Positions 41,141 to 49,915 of a DNA stretch of 64,000 nucleotides are shown here, in pieces. A program made the position numbers and the translations under genes. This stretch comes from Alkalispirochaeta sp. (GTDB lineage Bacteria > Spirochaetota > Spirochaetia > DSM-27196 > Alkalispirochaetaceae): NCBI GenBank assembly GCA_965601925.1, contig OZ271854.1, positions 416,001-480,000 of the forward strand, read 5' to 3'. The first letter of the stretch is position 1; each line of letters starts with the position of its first letter. A model generated the notes under the pieces. It was given only the letters and a program-made list of their open reading frames with translations. It did not search any database and was not told where the DNA came from.

Positions 41141-41377
41141 ATGGAAGCAAAAATACAGCGATGGGGAAATAGTTTGGGCATTCGAATCCCCGCGGCGATG
41201 GCGCGGGAACTCCATTTACAGAACGGATCCGTCGTCGATGTCGTAGAGGAGTCGAACAGCATCGTTATCCGCCCCGCGAAGAGGCACGATATACACTCCC
41301 TTTTGAACGCAATAACCGACGATAATCGGCACTCCGAGGTCGCCTGGGGCACTCAAGAAGGGAACGAGGCGTGGTGA
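41141..41377 (+). CDS. mazE: MazE/AbrB-type antitoxin
   Basis: IQRWGNSLGIRIP, C-terminal W...G.E.W; overlaps mazF. Confidence 0.93.
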   Translation: MEAKIQRWGNSLGIRIPAAMARELHLQNGSVVDVVEESNSIVIRPAKRHDIHSLLNAITDDNRHSEVAWGTQEGNEAW

Positions 41378-41709
41378 CGAGCGCCTACGTGCCAGATCGC
41401 GGTGACATCGTCTGGTTAAGTTTTTCTCCGCAATCGGGCCATGAGCAAGCGGGTAGGCGTCCCGCGATCGTACTCTCACCGGCCGAGTACAACGGCAAAA
41501 CCGATCTTATGATCGCGTGTCCGATCACCAGCAGAATAAAGGGATATCCATTTGAGACTCGCATACGAGGAGCGCGAATCGACGGTGTCGTCCTCTCCGA
41601 CCAGGTAAAGAGTCTCGACTGGAAAACGCGTAATGCAACCTTTGCGGAGAAGGCGAAGGCGGAGGTTCTGCGGGAGGTACGAGGTAAACTGATGGTGCTC
41701 CTCGATTGA
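41371..41709 (+). CDS. mazF: MazF/PemK endoribonuclease toxin
   Basis: YVPDRGDIVW, GHEQAGRRPA, CPITS, DQVKSLDW. Confidence 0.95.
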   Translation: MVTSAYVPDRGDIVWLSFSPQSGHEQAGRRPAIVLSPAEYNGKTDLMIACPITSRIKGYPFETRIRGARIDGVVLSDQVKSLDWKTRNATFAEKAKAEVLREVRGKLMVLLD

Positions 41710-41825
41710 GGAATGGAGTGCCGCTTATGAATCAGTATCGTCGTGTGGTGCCCGTATTTGGTATGTGACGACGAGGGGCCGCTCTGACCTCGAGGCAACG
41801 AGCCTCCAATTTCTTGCTCTCTTGC

Positions 41826-41871
41826 TTGACAGGTGCACTTCTTGGATGTACCATGATACGAGAAGTACGAA
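41826..41871 (+). promoter_or_regulatory. sigma70-type promoter overlapped by a TTC-PAM protospacer for the mini-array spacer
   Basis: TTGACA (41826-31)-N17-TACCAT (41849-54); minus strand TTC-GTACTTCTCGTATCATG (41871-41852). Confidence 0.75.
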
Positions 41872-42094
41872 ATATAAAAAATCAATATCAACGCATTCGC
41901 TTTCAAATAATCGAGAGTACGGAAAGTCGCGCGATTGAATATGAGGAACAAACGTACAACCTGCCGAACAGGGCGCGAGGGAGTCAAAGTACCCGGTCAG
42001 CTTGGTCATTGTTCGCTGGATTACTTCACATCGCAAATTGGATTCGCAGCGCTTTTGGTGGATAAAGAAATCAGGACTGTGCATCGATCTTTTT

Positions 42095-42188
42095 GTCGGG
42101 CTTTTTACCCGCGGATTGAAACGTACTACTCGTTTCATGTGTGTTCGTGAGGAACCGGCCCTCGGGTCGGTTCCTCACCTTTCTTCAA
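42095..42188 (+). ncRNA. crRNA-like regulatory RNA (degenerate repeat + 24-nt spacer + terminator), CreA/CreR-like
   Basis: GTCGGGCTTTTTACCCGCGGATTGAAAC keeps a stem and an 11-nt handle; spacer matches the upstream promoter; 14-bp hairpin plus CTTTCTT. Confidence 0.8.
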
Positions 42189-42276
42189 TTATCACCAGCA
42201 ATACCGATAAAAATTATTTTAGAATATACAAAAGTATGTGATAATATGACCACAACTAAATATTGTGGGGAGCGGT

Positions 42277-42927
42277 GTGTCCTTCGGAATAACACTCAAA
42301 GCCTGGGGTCCGTTCGCACTCTTTACGCGCCCGGAGATGAAGGCCGAACGTGTCAGCTACGACGTCATGACGCCCTCCGCGGCCCGGGGCATTCTCGATG
42401 CAATCTACTGGAAGCCGGGGATGCGGTGGGTCGTCGATCGGATTGAGGTGCGCAAGCCGATCCGCTTCACTTCCATTCGACGCAACGAGATTGCGGGAAA
42501 GATCCCGGTTGGAAAGGTGAAAAGCGCGATGAGAGGCGGCGAGATGCCCTTTACCGTGGTCGAGGATCACCGCCAACAACGTTCATCGTTGGTGCTCCGG
42601 GATGTCGAGTATCTCATCGATGCGCACTTCGAGCTGACCGGCTACGGCGATAACAATGAGGCGAAACATATCGATACGTTTCGTCGTCGAGCGCGGTCCG
42701 GGCGCTGTCACCACCAACCGTGCATGGGTACACGGGAGTTTCCGGCCTACTTTGAACTGATCGAGGATAATCGTCCCCCCAAACATTACCGCGAAAGCCG
42801 CGATCTCGGATGGATGTTGTACGACATGAACTTTGCCGCTGATCCCGAAAGTCCGTCGCCGAGCTTCTTCCGCGCCGAGATGGTGGAAGGGGTAATCGAC
42901 CTGCACGGGGCGGACATACGGGGATAG
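42277..42927 (+). CDS. cas5c: type I-C Cas5 (Cas5c/Cas5d) pre-crRNA endonuclease
   Basis: ALFTRPEMKAERVSYDVMTPSAARG, MGTREF, LGWMLYD. Confidence 0.97.
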   Translation: MSFGITLKAWGPFALFTRPEMKAERVSYDVMTPSAARGILDAIYWKPGMRWVVDRIEVRKPIRFTSIRRNEIAGKIPVGKVKSAMRGGEMPFTVVEDHRQQRSSLVLRDVEYLIDAHFELTGYGDNNEAKHIDTFRRRARSGRCHHQPCMGTREFPAYFELIEDNRPPKHYRESRDLGWMLYDMNFAADPESPSPSFFRAEMVEGVIDLHGADIRG

Positions 42928-42929
42928 CG

Positions 42930-44702
42930 ATGATTCTGCAAGAGCTTGTGCGCCATTACGACCGACTCACCGCCGAAGGTTCCAACGAGTTACCGCCCGA
43001 AGGATTTTCTCGTGAGAAAATTCACTTCGTCCTTCGCATCGACCGAGATGGAAATGCACTGAACGCTATCCCGCTGACCGGCGAGGATGCAAAGGGAAAA
43101 ACGCAGGCGTTTCAAGAGCGTATCGTCCCGAAATACAAGGATAGGGCAAACGACGTGTTTCCTTTTTTTTTGTGGGACAAGACGGCGTATGTAGTTGGGG
43201 TCGATCCGACCGCACGGTCCCAACGCCTCACCGAACAGTTCGTTGCCTTCAAGGGGTTACACCACGCGATTGGGGATCACATTGATGAGCCGGAGATGAG
43301 AGCGGTCCTTGGGTTCCTTGACGGTTGGTCTCCGGAGATGGTGGATGAGGTGCCGGGACTGAGAGAGCTCATCGGCGGTAATCTTGTGTTTGAGGTCGCG
43401 GGTTTTAACCGTCCGGTCTTCGAGAACCCGGTACTGCGTAACGCGTGGCTACGACACATGCACGCACAGCTTGGTGGCACAAGCTCCGTGTGTCTGGCAA
43501 CGGGAGAGACGACAAAGATAGCTCGCACTCATCCCAAAATACGTGGCGTATTCGGGAGTCAGACGAGTGGTGCGGCAATCGTCTCTTTTAACGACGACGC
43601 CTATACCTCATACGGCAAAACCCAGAGCTACAATGCACCCGTAGGTGCCGCGGCGGCGGAGAAGTATACCAAAATGCTCAACTATCTGTTGCGGCGCGGC
43701 AGCCGCAACGTCGTACGCATCGGCGATACGAGCGTCGTGTTCTGGTGTGAGACACAGACGCCCCTTGAGGGCGGAATCGGCATGCTCATGGGACGTCGGG
43801 ACGATGATACGATAGGTGACGATACGATCCGCGCCTTTCTCATGCGCCTCAAAAAAGGCCTGCCATACGATTTTGAACCCGATCGCCGCTTTTTCATCCT
43901 GGGGTTAGCGGCGCCCAGCAAGTCACGCCTCTCGGTGCGCTATTGGTATCAGGGCACAACAGGTGAACTTGCCGACCGCCTGCGGCTCCACCTCCAAGAT
44001 ACGGATATCATCTCGATGTGGGACGACGACCCTGTCCCGCCCAGTGTGTGGCACATGCTCATTTCGGCCGTCTTGGGTGGCGACGCGGGCAACATCGACC
44101 AGCGCATGCAGGAGACGCTCATGCGCGCAATTCTCTTCGGCACGCCGTATCCGCGGCGACTCTACAGCGCAATACTCGATCGCATCCGTGTAGGAGATCG
44201 GCGCATACGCGCCTTCGAAACGGTTCGCGCCGGCATCATCCGCGGCTACCTAAAACGCCGAAGACGCAGTCTACAAACTCAGGAATCGGCCAAGGAGGTT
44301 CCCATAATGCTACAACGGGATACAGAGAGCGCTCCGTATCAACTCGGTAGGCTCTTTGCGGTGTACGAAAAGATTCAAAAGGCTTCGTTTGGTACCAGAA
44401 CGCTCAACAGAACGATTAGAGATCGGTTCTATGCGTCCGCGTCGACGACTCCGCGACGGAGCTTTGCGACGATTACGAAACTCTCGATCGCCCATCAAAA
44501 AAAGCTGCCCGAGAATGCACGAACGTACTACGACAAGCTCCTGCAAGAGATCGCGGACCGTCTTCATCCCGACCGATATCCGAGCCGGCTCTCTCAGGAG
44601 GACCAGGGCCTCTTTGCCCTCGGCTACTACCACCAGCGCAAAGAACTCTTTACCCCAAAAGGCGACGCCACGGACGCGGAACAGACAAACACGGAGGAAT
44701 AG
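42930..44702 (+). CDS. cas8c: type I-C Cas8c/Csd1
   Basis: MILQEL, FLWD, SFN..AYTSYGK, YQLGRLFA, FALGYYHQ. Confidence 0.96.
   Translation: MILQELVRHYDRLTAEGSNELPPEGFSREKIHFVLRIDRDGNALNAIPLTGEDAKGKTQAFQERIVPKYKDRANDVFPFFLWDKTAYVVGVDPTARSQRLTEQFVAFKGLHHAIGDHIDEPEMRAVLGFLDGWSPEMVDEVPGLRELIGGNLVFEVAGFNRPVFENPVLRNAWLRHMHAQLGGTSSVCLATGETTKIARTHPKIRGVFGSQTSGAAIVSFNDDAYTSYGKTQSYNAPVGAAAAEKYTKMLNYLLRRGSRNVVRIGDTSVVFWCETQTPLEGGIGMLMGRRDDDTIGDDTIRAFLMRLKKGLPYDFEPDRRFFILGLAAPSKSRLSVRYWYQGTTGELADRLRLHLQDTDIISMWDDDPVPPSVWHMLISAVLGGDAGNIDQRMQETLMRAILFGTPYPRRLYSAILDRIRVGDRRIRAFETVRAGIIRGYLKRRRRSLQTQESAKEVPIMLQRDTESAPYQLGRLFAVYEKIQKASFGTRTLNRTIRDRFYASASTTPRRSFATITKLSIAHQKKLPENARTYYDKLLQEIADRLHPDRYPSRLSQEDQGLFALGYYHQRKELFTPKGDATDAEQTNTEE
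44307..44702 (+). CDS. cas11: Cas11c small subunit from an internal start in cas8c (131 aa)
   Basis: AAGGAGG 8 nt before in-frame ATG 44307, at the start of the C-terminal helical domain. Confidence 0.8.
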   Translation: MLQRDTESAPYQLGRLFAVYEKIQKASFGTRTLNRTIRDRFYASASTTPRRSFATITKLSIAHQKKLPENARTYYDKLLQEIADRLHPDRYPSRLSQEDQGLFALGYYHQRKELFTPKGDATDAEQTNTEE

Positions 44703-44703
44703 C

Positions 44704-45603
44704 ATGGGCGACACGATCACGAAACGGTATGAGTTTCTTCTGCTTTTTGACGTAGAAAGTGGCAATCCAAACGGTGACCCGGACGCCGACAACCATCCCC
44801 GCATGGATTTTGACATGAACATCGGCTGGGTATCGGACGTGGCGCTGAAACGCAAGATCAGAAACTACGTGCTACTGAAACATCGAAACGCGGATCCGCA
44901 TAGGATCTACGTCACTGAGCGGGGGATACTCAACCGGACCATTGACGACGCCCACCGAGAGACCGGTTCGTCGGTCGCGGGGGTGAAGGAAAAAAACAAA
45001 GACAAGCGCGGCTCCGACGAGGAGGCCGACAAGGCGAAGCAGTGGATGTGCGACCATTTCTTCGACGTACGGACCTTTGGCGCGGTCATGAGCACGGGGC
45101 ACAACGCGGGGCAGGTTCGCGGTCCGGTACAAATCGCATTTGCAAAAAGCGTTGAGCCGATCGAGGCGGTCGAACAGACGATTACGCGCATGGCCGTCAC
45201 CTCGGAAGAGGATGCCGAAAAACAGAAGGACAACCGCACGATGGGACGCAAGTGGATCGTACCTTACGGCCTATACCGCGCCGAGGGGTTTGTTTCGGCC
45301 TTCTTTGCCGAGGATACCGGGTTTTCCGGGGAAGACCTGGCCCTTCTGTGGGAAGCTCTCACCAATATGTTTGAACACGACCGCTCGGCGGCGCGCGGAA
45401 GGATGAGCACACGCAAGCTGTTCGTCTTTGAGCACGACAGCGCGCTGGGTAACGCGCCTGCCCACACGCTTTTTGACCTCGTGGCGATCAAGAGGGTCGG
45501 AGACGGGGACATTGAGCGACCCGCGCGATCCTTTTCAGATTACGCGATCACCATCAATCGGAAGGGCGTGCCCGCAGGGGTCAATCTTCACGAAATGGTG
45601 TGA
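44704..45603 (+). CDS. cas7c: type I-C Cas7/Csd2
   Basis: GNPNGDPDADN.PR, DVALKRKIR, DVRTFGAV, TMGRK, FEHDRSAARG. Confidence 0.97.
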   Translation: MGDTITKRYEFLLLFDVESGNPNGDPDADNHPRMDFDMNIGWVSDVALKRKIRNYVLLKHRNADPHRIYVTERGILNRTIDDAHRETGSSVAGVKEKNKDKRGSDEEADKAKQWMCDHFFDVRTFGAVMSTGHNAGQVRGPVQIAFAKSVEPIEAVEQTITRMAVTSEEDAEKQKDNRTMGRKWIVPYGLYRAEGFVSAFFAEDTGFSGEDLALLWEALTNMFEHDRSAARGRMSTRKLFVFEHDSALGNAPAHTLFDLVAIKRVGDGDIERPARSFSDYAITINRKGVPAGVNLHEMV

Positions 45604-45609
45604 CACGCT

Positions 45610-46254
45610 ATGGCGTTTGCCGAAAACGAACTGGTCCCCATAAGCGCGCTCCAGCACGTATTGTACTGCGAGCGGCAGTGCGGACTGATTCATATCGAGC
45701 GTGTGTGGGCGGAGAATCGATTTACCGCCGAGGGCGACGTGCTCCACCGTAACGTCCACCGGGAGGAGACGCGCCGCCGAGGCGGACTAAGTTCGGAGTA
45801 TAGCGTTCCCCTTCGGTCGTTGGAGGTAGGAGTCGTCGGGATCGCCGACGTGATCGAGTACCCATCTGACGGCCCGCCGCGCCCCGTCGAGTTCAAGCGC
45901 GGTCGACCCAAGCAGACGCTCATCGACGTGGTACAATTGTGCGCCCAAGCGCTCTCGTTAGAGGAGATGACGGGACAAGCGGTGCCGTTCGGCTACCTGT
46001 TCTACGGAAAGACGCGGCGTCGAGAACGGGTAGACTTTGGGCCGACCATTCGCAGCGCGACGCACGACGCTGCTCGCCGGGTGCACGAGCTATTCCGGTC
46101 ACGGGTGACCCCGGTGATGGAGTACGAACCGGCGCGGTGCGACGCCTGTTCGCTCTTTGACATATGTGGCCCCAAGGTCGCCGGCCGAAGGCAAAGCGCC
46201 TCGGCGTTTCTCTCCCGACAGATCAAGAGTGTCCTTCGGGAGAGCGCGCCGTGA
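45610..46254 (+). CDS. cas4: Cas4 RecB-like nuclease
   Basis: ISALQH..YCERQ, PVEFKRG, QLCAQ, CDACSLFDIC. Confidence 0.96.
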   Translation: MAFAENELVPISALQHVLYCERQCGLIHIERVWAENRFTAEGDVLHRNVHREETRRRGGLSSEYSVPLRSLEVGVVGIADVIEYPSDGPPRPVEFKRGRPKQTLIDVVQLCAQALSLEEMTGQAVPFGYLFYGKTRRRERVDFGPTIRSATHDAARRVHELFRSRVTPVMEYEPARCDACSLFDICGPKVAGRRQSASAFLSRQIKSVLRESAP

Positions 46255-47282
46255 AACGTCATCTCAATACACTCTTCGTTACCCGTCAGTCGAGCTATCT
46301 CCGCAAAGAGGGCGAATCGATCGTGGTCAACCACGACGGCTCGGAGCTTTTTCGCGTGCCGATTCACAACCTCGGCGGCGTAGTGTGTTTCGGGAATGTC
46401 TTGTGTAGTCCTTTCCTGCTTGGGCATTGCGCGGAGAACAAGGTGAGTGTGAGCTTCCTCACCGAACATGGAAGATTCTTGGCACGAGTAACCGGGGAGA
46501 CCGACGGGAATGTCTTGGTTCGACGAGAGCAATATCGACGAGCCGACGACCCCGAACACTGCGCCTCGATCGCCCGCGGTATCGTCATCGGAAAAGTCAT
46601 GAATGCGCGCGCGGTGTTGCTCCGGACGCAGCGCGATCACGGGGGGAAAATCGACACTGAGCGCGTGGCAGACGCGATTCGCCGCCTCGACGCATCGTTG
46701 CGGCGTCTTGAAAAAGAGAACCTTCTCGACTCGATCCGCGGTATCGAGGGTGAGGCTGCGGCGAGCTACTTCGGCGTGTTCGACGAGCTTATCGTACACC
46801 AAAAAAAGGCGTTTCGTTTTACGAGCCGGTCACGGCGCCCACCGTTGGATCCGATCAATGCGTTGCTTTCCTTCGTCTACACACTGATACTGCACGATGT
46901 GCGTTCGGCGCTCGAAACGGTAGGTCTTGATCCGGAGGTCGGCTTTCTGCATCGCGACCGTCCGGGACGACCGGGCCTCGCTTTGGACCTGATGGAGGAG
47001 CTGCGCCCGTGGCTCGCCGATCGGCTCGTCCTCTCGTTGATCAATCGCAAACAGGTCGGCGCTTCGGGATTCGATATAACGGGAACTGGAGCCGTGCTCA
47101 TGGACGACGATACGCGCAAAGTTGTTCTTCTTGCATATCAGAAGCGTAAACAAGAGGAGCTACAACACGGATTCACCCAGGAGAAAGTCTCGATAGGACT
47201 CATACCGGTGGTGCAGGCGCTGCTATTCGGAAAGTACATTCGGGACGAGCTCGACGCGTATCCGCCGTTTTTGTGGAAGTAG
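46251..47282 (+). CDS. cas1: type I-C Cas1
   Basis: LNTLFVT, RGIEGEAA, RRPPLDPINALLSF, LALDLMEE, YPPFLWK. Confidence 0.97.
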   Translation: MKRHLNTLFVTRQSSYLRKEGESIVVNHDGSELFRVPIHNLGGVVCFGNVLCSPFLLGHCAENKVSVSFLTEHGRFLARVTGETDGNVLVRREQYRRADDPEHCASIARGIVIGKVMNARAVLLRTQRDHGGKIDTERVADAIRRLDASLRRLEKENLLDSIRGIEGEAAASYFGVFDELIVHQKKAFRFTSRSRRPPLDPINALLSFVYTLILHDVRSALETVGLDPEVGFLHRDRPGRPGLALDLMEELRPWLADRLVLSLINRKQVGASGFDITGTGAVLMDDDTRKVVLLAYQKRKQEELQHGFTQEKVSIGLIPVVQALLFGKYIRDELDAYPPFLWK

Positions 47283-47308
47283 GGATGAAAGGATAGGGGG
47301 GGTGACGC

Positions 47309-47599
47309 ATGTTGGTGGTCGTGAGTTATGACGTGAAGACCGACGAGGCGGACGGCAAGAGACGCTTACGCCACGTTGCGAAGCACTGCCTCAATTTCGG
47401 CCAACGCGTTCAGTACTCGGTATTCGAATGTCTCGTTGATCCGGCGCAATGGACCAAACTCAGACAGAAGCTCGTTGAGACGATCGATGAGCGCTACGAT
47501 AGCTTGCGATTCTATTTCCTGGGAGCCAATTGGAAGCGGCGCGTCGAGCATATCGGGGCTAAAGAGCCGTACGATCCGGAGGGTGCGCTCATCGTATAG
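47309..47599 (+). CDS. cas2: Cas2
   Basis: VVVSYDV, GQRVQYSVFEC, DSLRFY. Confidence 0.97.
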   Translation: MLVVVSYDVKTDEADGKRRLRHVAKHCLNFGQRVQYSVFECLVDPAQWTKLRQKLVETIDERYDSLRFYFLGANWKRRVEHIGAKEPYDPEGALIV

Positions 47600-47776
47600 C
47601 GCGAACCCTAAGCTCACGCGAAAATACCGGAATGTTCGCGATGAATATAATTCATTACGATATAGATATTTATTGTTTTCCATGTCTTTCGAAAGAGACA
47701 ACACCGCTACAAAACCCCTGCCTTCGCGCAGTAAACTTATTAACTATAGATGTCGTATCGACTTAAGAGTTGAGCA
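47600..47776 (+). promoter_or_regulatory. CRISPR leader 2
   Basis: AT-rich, between cas2 and the first repeat; shares distal motif with leader 1. Confidence 0.88.
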
Positions 47777-49001
47777 GTCGCTCCCCATGCGGGAGCGTGG
47801 ATTGAAACGGTATCTCAGAGACATCGATATCGAGGTGAACGCGTCGCTCCCCATGCGGGAGCGTGGATTGAAACCGTTCCGCGTCCTGGTGTTGATATGG
47901 GCGGCGATGTCGCTCCCCATGCGGGAGCGTGGATTGAAACGACTTTTGGATAGCGGTGCTCGAAGACTCTACCACGTCGCTCCCCATGCGGGAGCGTGGA
48001 TTGAAACCGAACCACATCCTCGGTAAAACCGTACTCTCTTACGTCGCTCCCCATGCGGGAGCGTGGATTGAAACCCTAGATTGAGGGATTCCTCCCAACC
48101 CTGGGTCGTGTCGCTCCCCATGCGGGAGCGTGGATTGAAACTTTGGGAGATTGACTGACAGTGTATCCATTATCGGTCGCTCCCCATGCGGGAGCGTGGA
48201 TTGAAACATACGCATCATCGATACGTAGAAGTGCCGCCAGGGTCGCTCCCCATGCGGGAGCGTGGATTGAAACTTTGACCCCGAGCGGACCCGCGAGAGG
48301 ATGGAATCGTCGCTCCCCATGCGGGAGCGTGGATTGAAACATGGACAGTCTCGACGCTGATCTCCATGGGGTGTGTCGCTCCCCATGCGGGAGCGTGGAT
48401 TGAAACAATGCGGAACAGCACACGGGTGCGCCGCCTCGCGCGTCGCTCCCCATGCGGGAGCGTGGATTGAAACTCCCATAACACATCCGGGAAGAGCAGA
48501 TAGAGCAAGTCGCTCCCCATGCGGGAGCGTGGATTGAAACATCGTGATTGCGTATCTTGCGGGACTCCATCATAGTCGCTCCCCATGCGGGAGCGTGGAT
48601 TGAAACGGGAACGTGTCGACGAATTGAATGAACGTCTCCGGTCGCTCCCCATGCGGGAGCGTGGATTGAAACTCTTGGTATTGGTCGTGGTTTTTGCGAG
48701 AGAAAGTCGCTCCCCATGCGGGAGCGTGGATTGAAACACCGGTCCGAACCGTATCGTCTATGAAGTCACAGTCGCTCCCCATGCGGGAGCGTGGATTGAA
48801 ACGACGCGGAGCGCGCGGCGGACCGCAAGGAGTCCGGTCGCTCCCCACGCGGGAGCGTGGATTGAAACGCGAGATCCAACATCCGTATCCCGTTGTAAAT
48901 CGCGTCGCTCCCCACGCGGGAGCGTGGATTGAAACATGAGATCCGTAGTGGTCGGACCGTTGTCGATGAGTCGCTCCTCATACGGAAGCGCGAAAAAAGG
49001 G
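47777..49001 (+). CRISPR. type I-C CRISPR array 2: 19 repeats (last degenerate), 18 spacers
   Basis: 32-bp repeat GTCGCTCCCCATGCGGGAGCGTGGATTGAAAC; 33-35 bp spacers. Confidence 0.98.
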
Positions 49002-49084
49002 CTCGGTCGTCGCCGGATAGGTACCATGAGCCCGTGCCTCCAACCGCTTGCCGCACCGCCCGTCGGATTCGTACACTCACGCCC

Positions 49085-49903
49085 ATGTATCGTCTTCTTG
49101 CTACCGACATCGACGACACGATTCTCGCTCGCGACGGCACCTTTCCCGACGCCAATCGGCGCGCCCTTACGGCGTTGCACGACCGCGGGGTTGTGGTGGT
49201 ATTCAGCTCCGGACGCGCCACGGTGAGTATGCGCACCGTCATTCGCGACCTCATCGGGCTGGAAAAAGACGAGTACCTCATATCGTTCAACGGTGCACGC
49301 GTCGTATCGGCACTCTCCGACGAGGTCTTGTACGAACACTATATTCCCCGGGATGTAATAGCCGAGATCGAGGCGTACACCGTCGAACACGGACTCTTGC
49401 TTCAAGGCTATACCGACGAGGCGTTTGTCGCGGCGCCCGGCGATGCACGGAGGCGGTCCCTCGCCGAACGCTACGCGGTCAGCGCCTCGATGGCGTGGGA
49501 GGCGGTGGCGAGCGTCACGGATACGCTTCCCCGGGGAAGCGCGAAACTTCTTATTATCGATGAGCACGACGTGTTGGTTCGCCATCGCGAGGCGCTGAGC
49601 GCACTTTCCGGCGGCCGGTTTGAGACGGTATTCTCCAAACCACACTATCTGGAGATCGTCGCCTCGGGAGTAAATAAAGGCGACGCGCTAAGCACACTTG
49701 CGCGCCACCTGACGATTCCTATTGAACAGACGATCGCGATCGGTGATGGGTTAAACGACTGTGAGATGGTAAGCGTCGCCGGTACCGGCGTCGCGGTGGC
49801 CAATGCCCACGATGAACTGAAGGACGCATCCGACGTAGTATTGACGCGAAACGCCGATGAGGCCGCGCTTGAGGAGCTTGTCGCGCGCTTCTTTTCGCAC
49901 TAG
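49085..49903 (+). CDS. Cof-type HAD-IIB hydrolase
   Basis: DIDDT, SSGR, FNGA, VNKG, GDGLND. Confidence 0.93.
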   Translation: MYRLLATDIDDTILARDGTFPDANRRALTALHDRGVVVVFSSGRATVSMRTVIRDLIGLEKDEYLISFNGARVVSALSDEVLYEHYIPRDVIAEIEAYTVEHGLLLQGYTDEAFVAAPGDARRRSLAERYAVSASMAWEAVASVTDTLPRGSAKLLIIDEHDVLVRHREALSALSGGRFETVFSKPHYLEIVASGVNKGDALSTLARHLTIPIEQTIAIGDGLNDCEMVSVAGTGVAVANAHDELKDASDVVLTRNADEAALEELVARFFSH

Positions 49904-49915
49904 AGCAGACCGAAC

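Noticed and set aside
41385..42138. Minus-strand ORFs of 200 and 137 aa across the mazF-cas5 gap
   Set aside because: One is antisense to mazF; neither has a convincing start or recognisable motif
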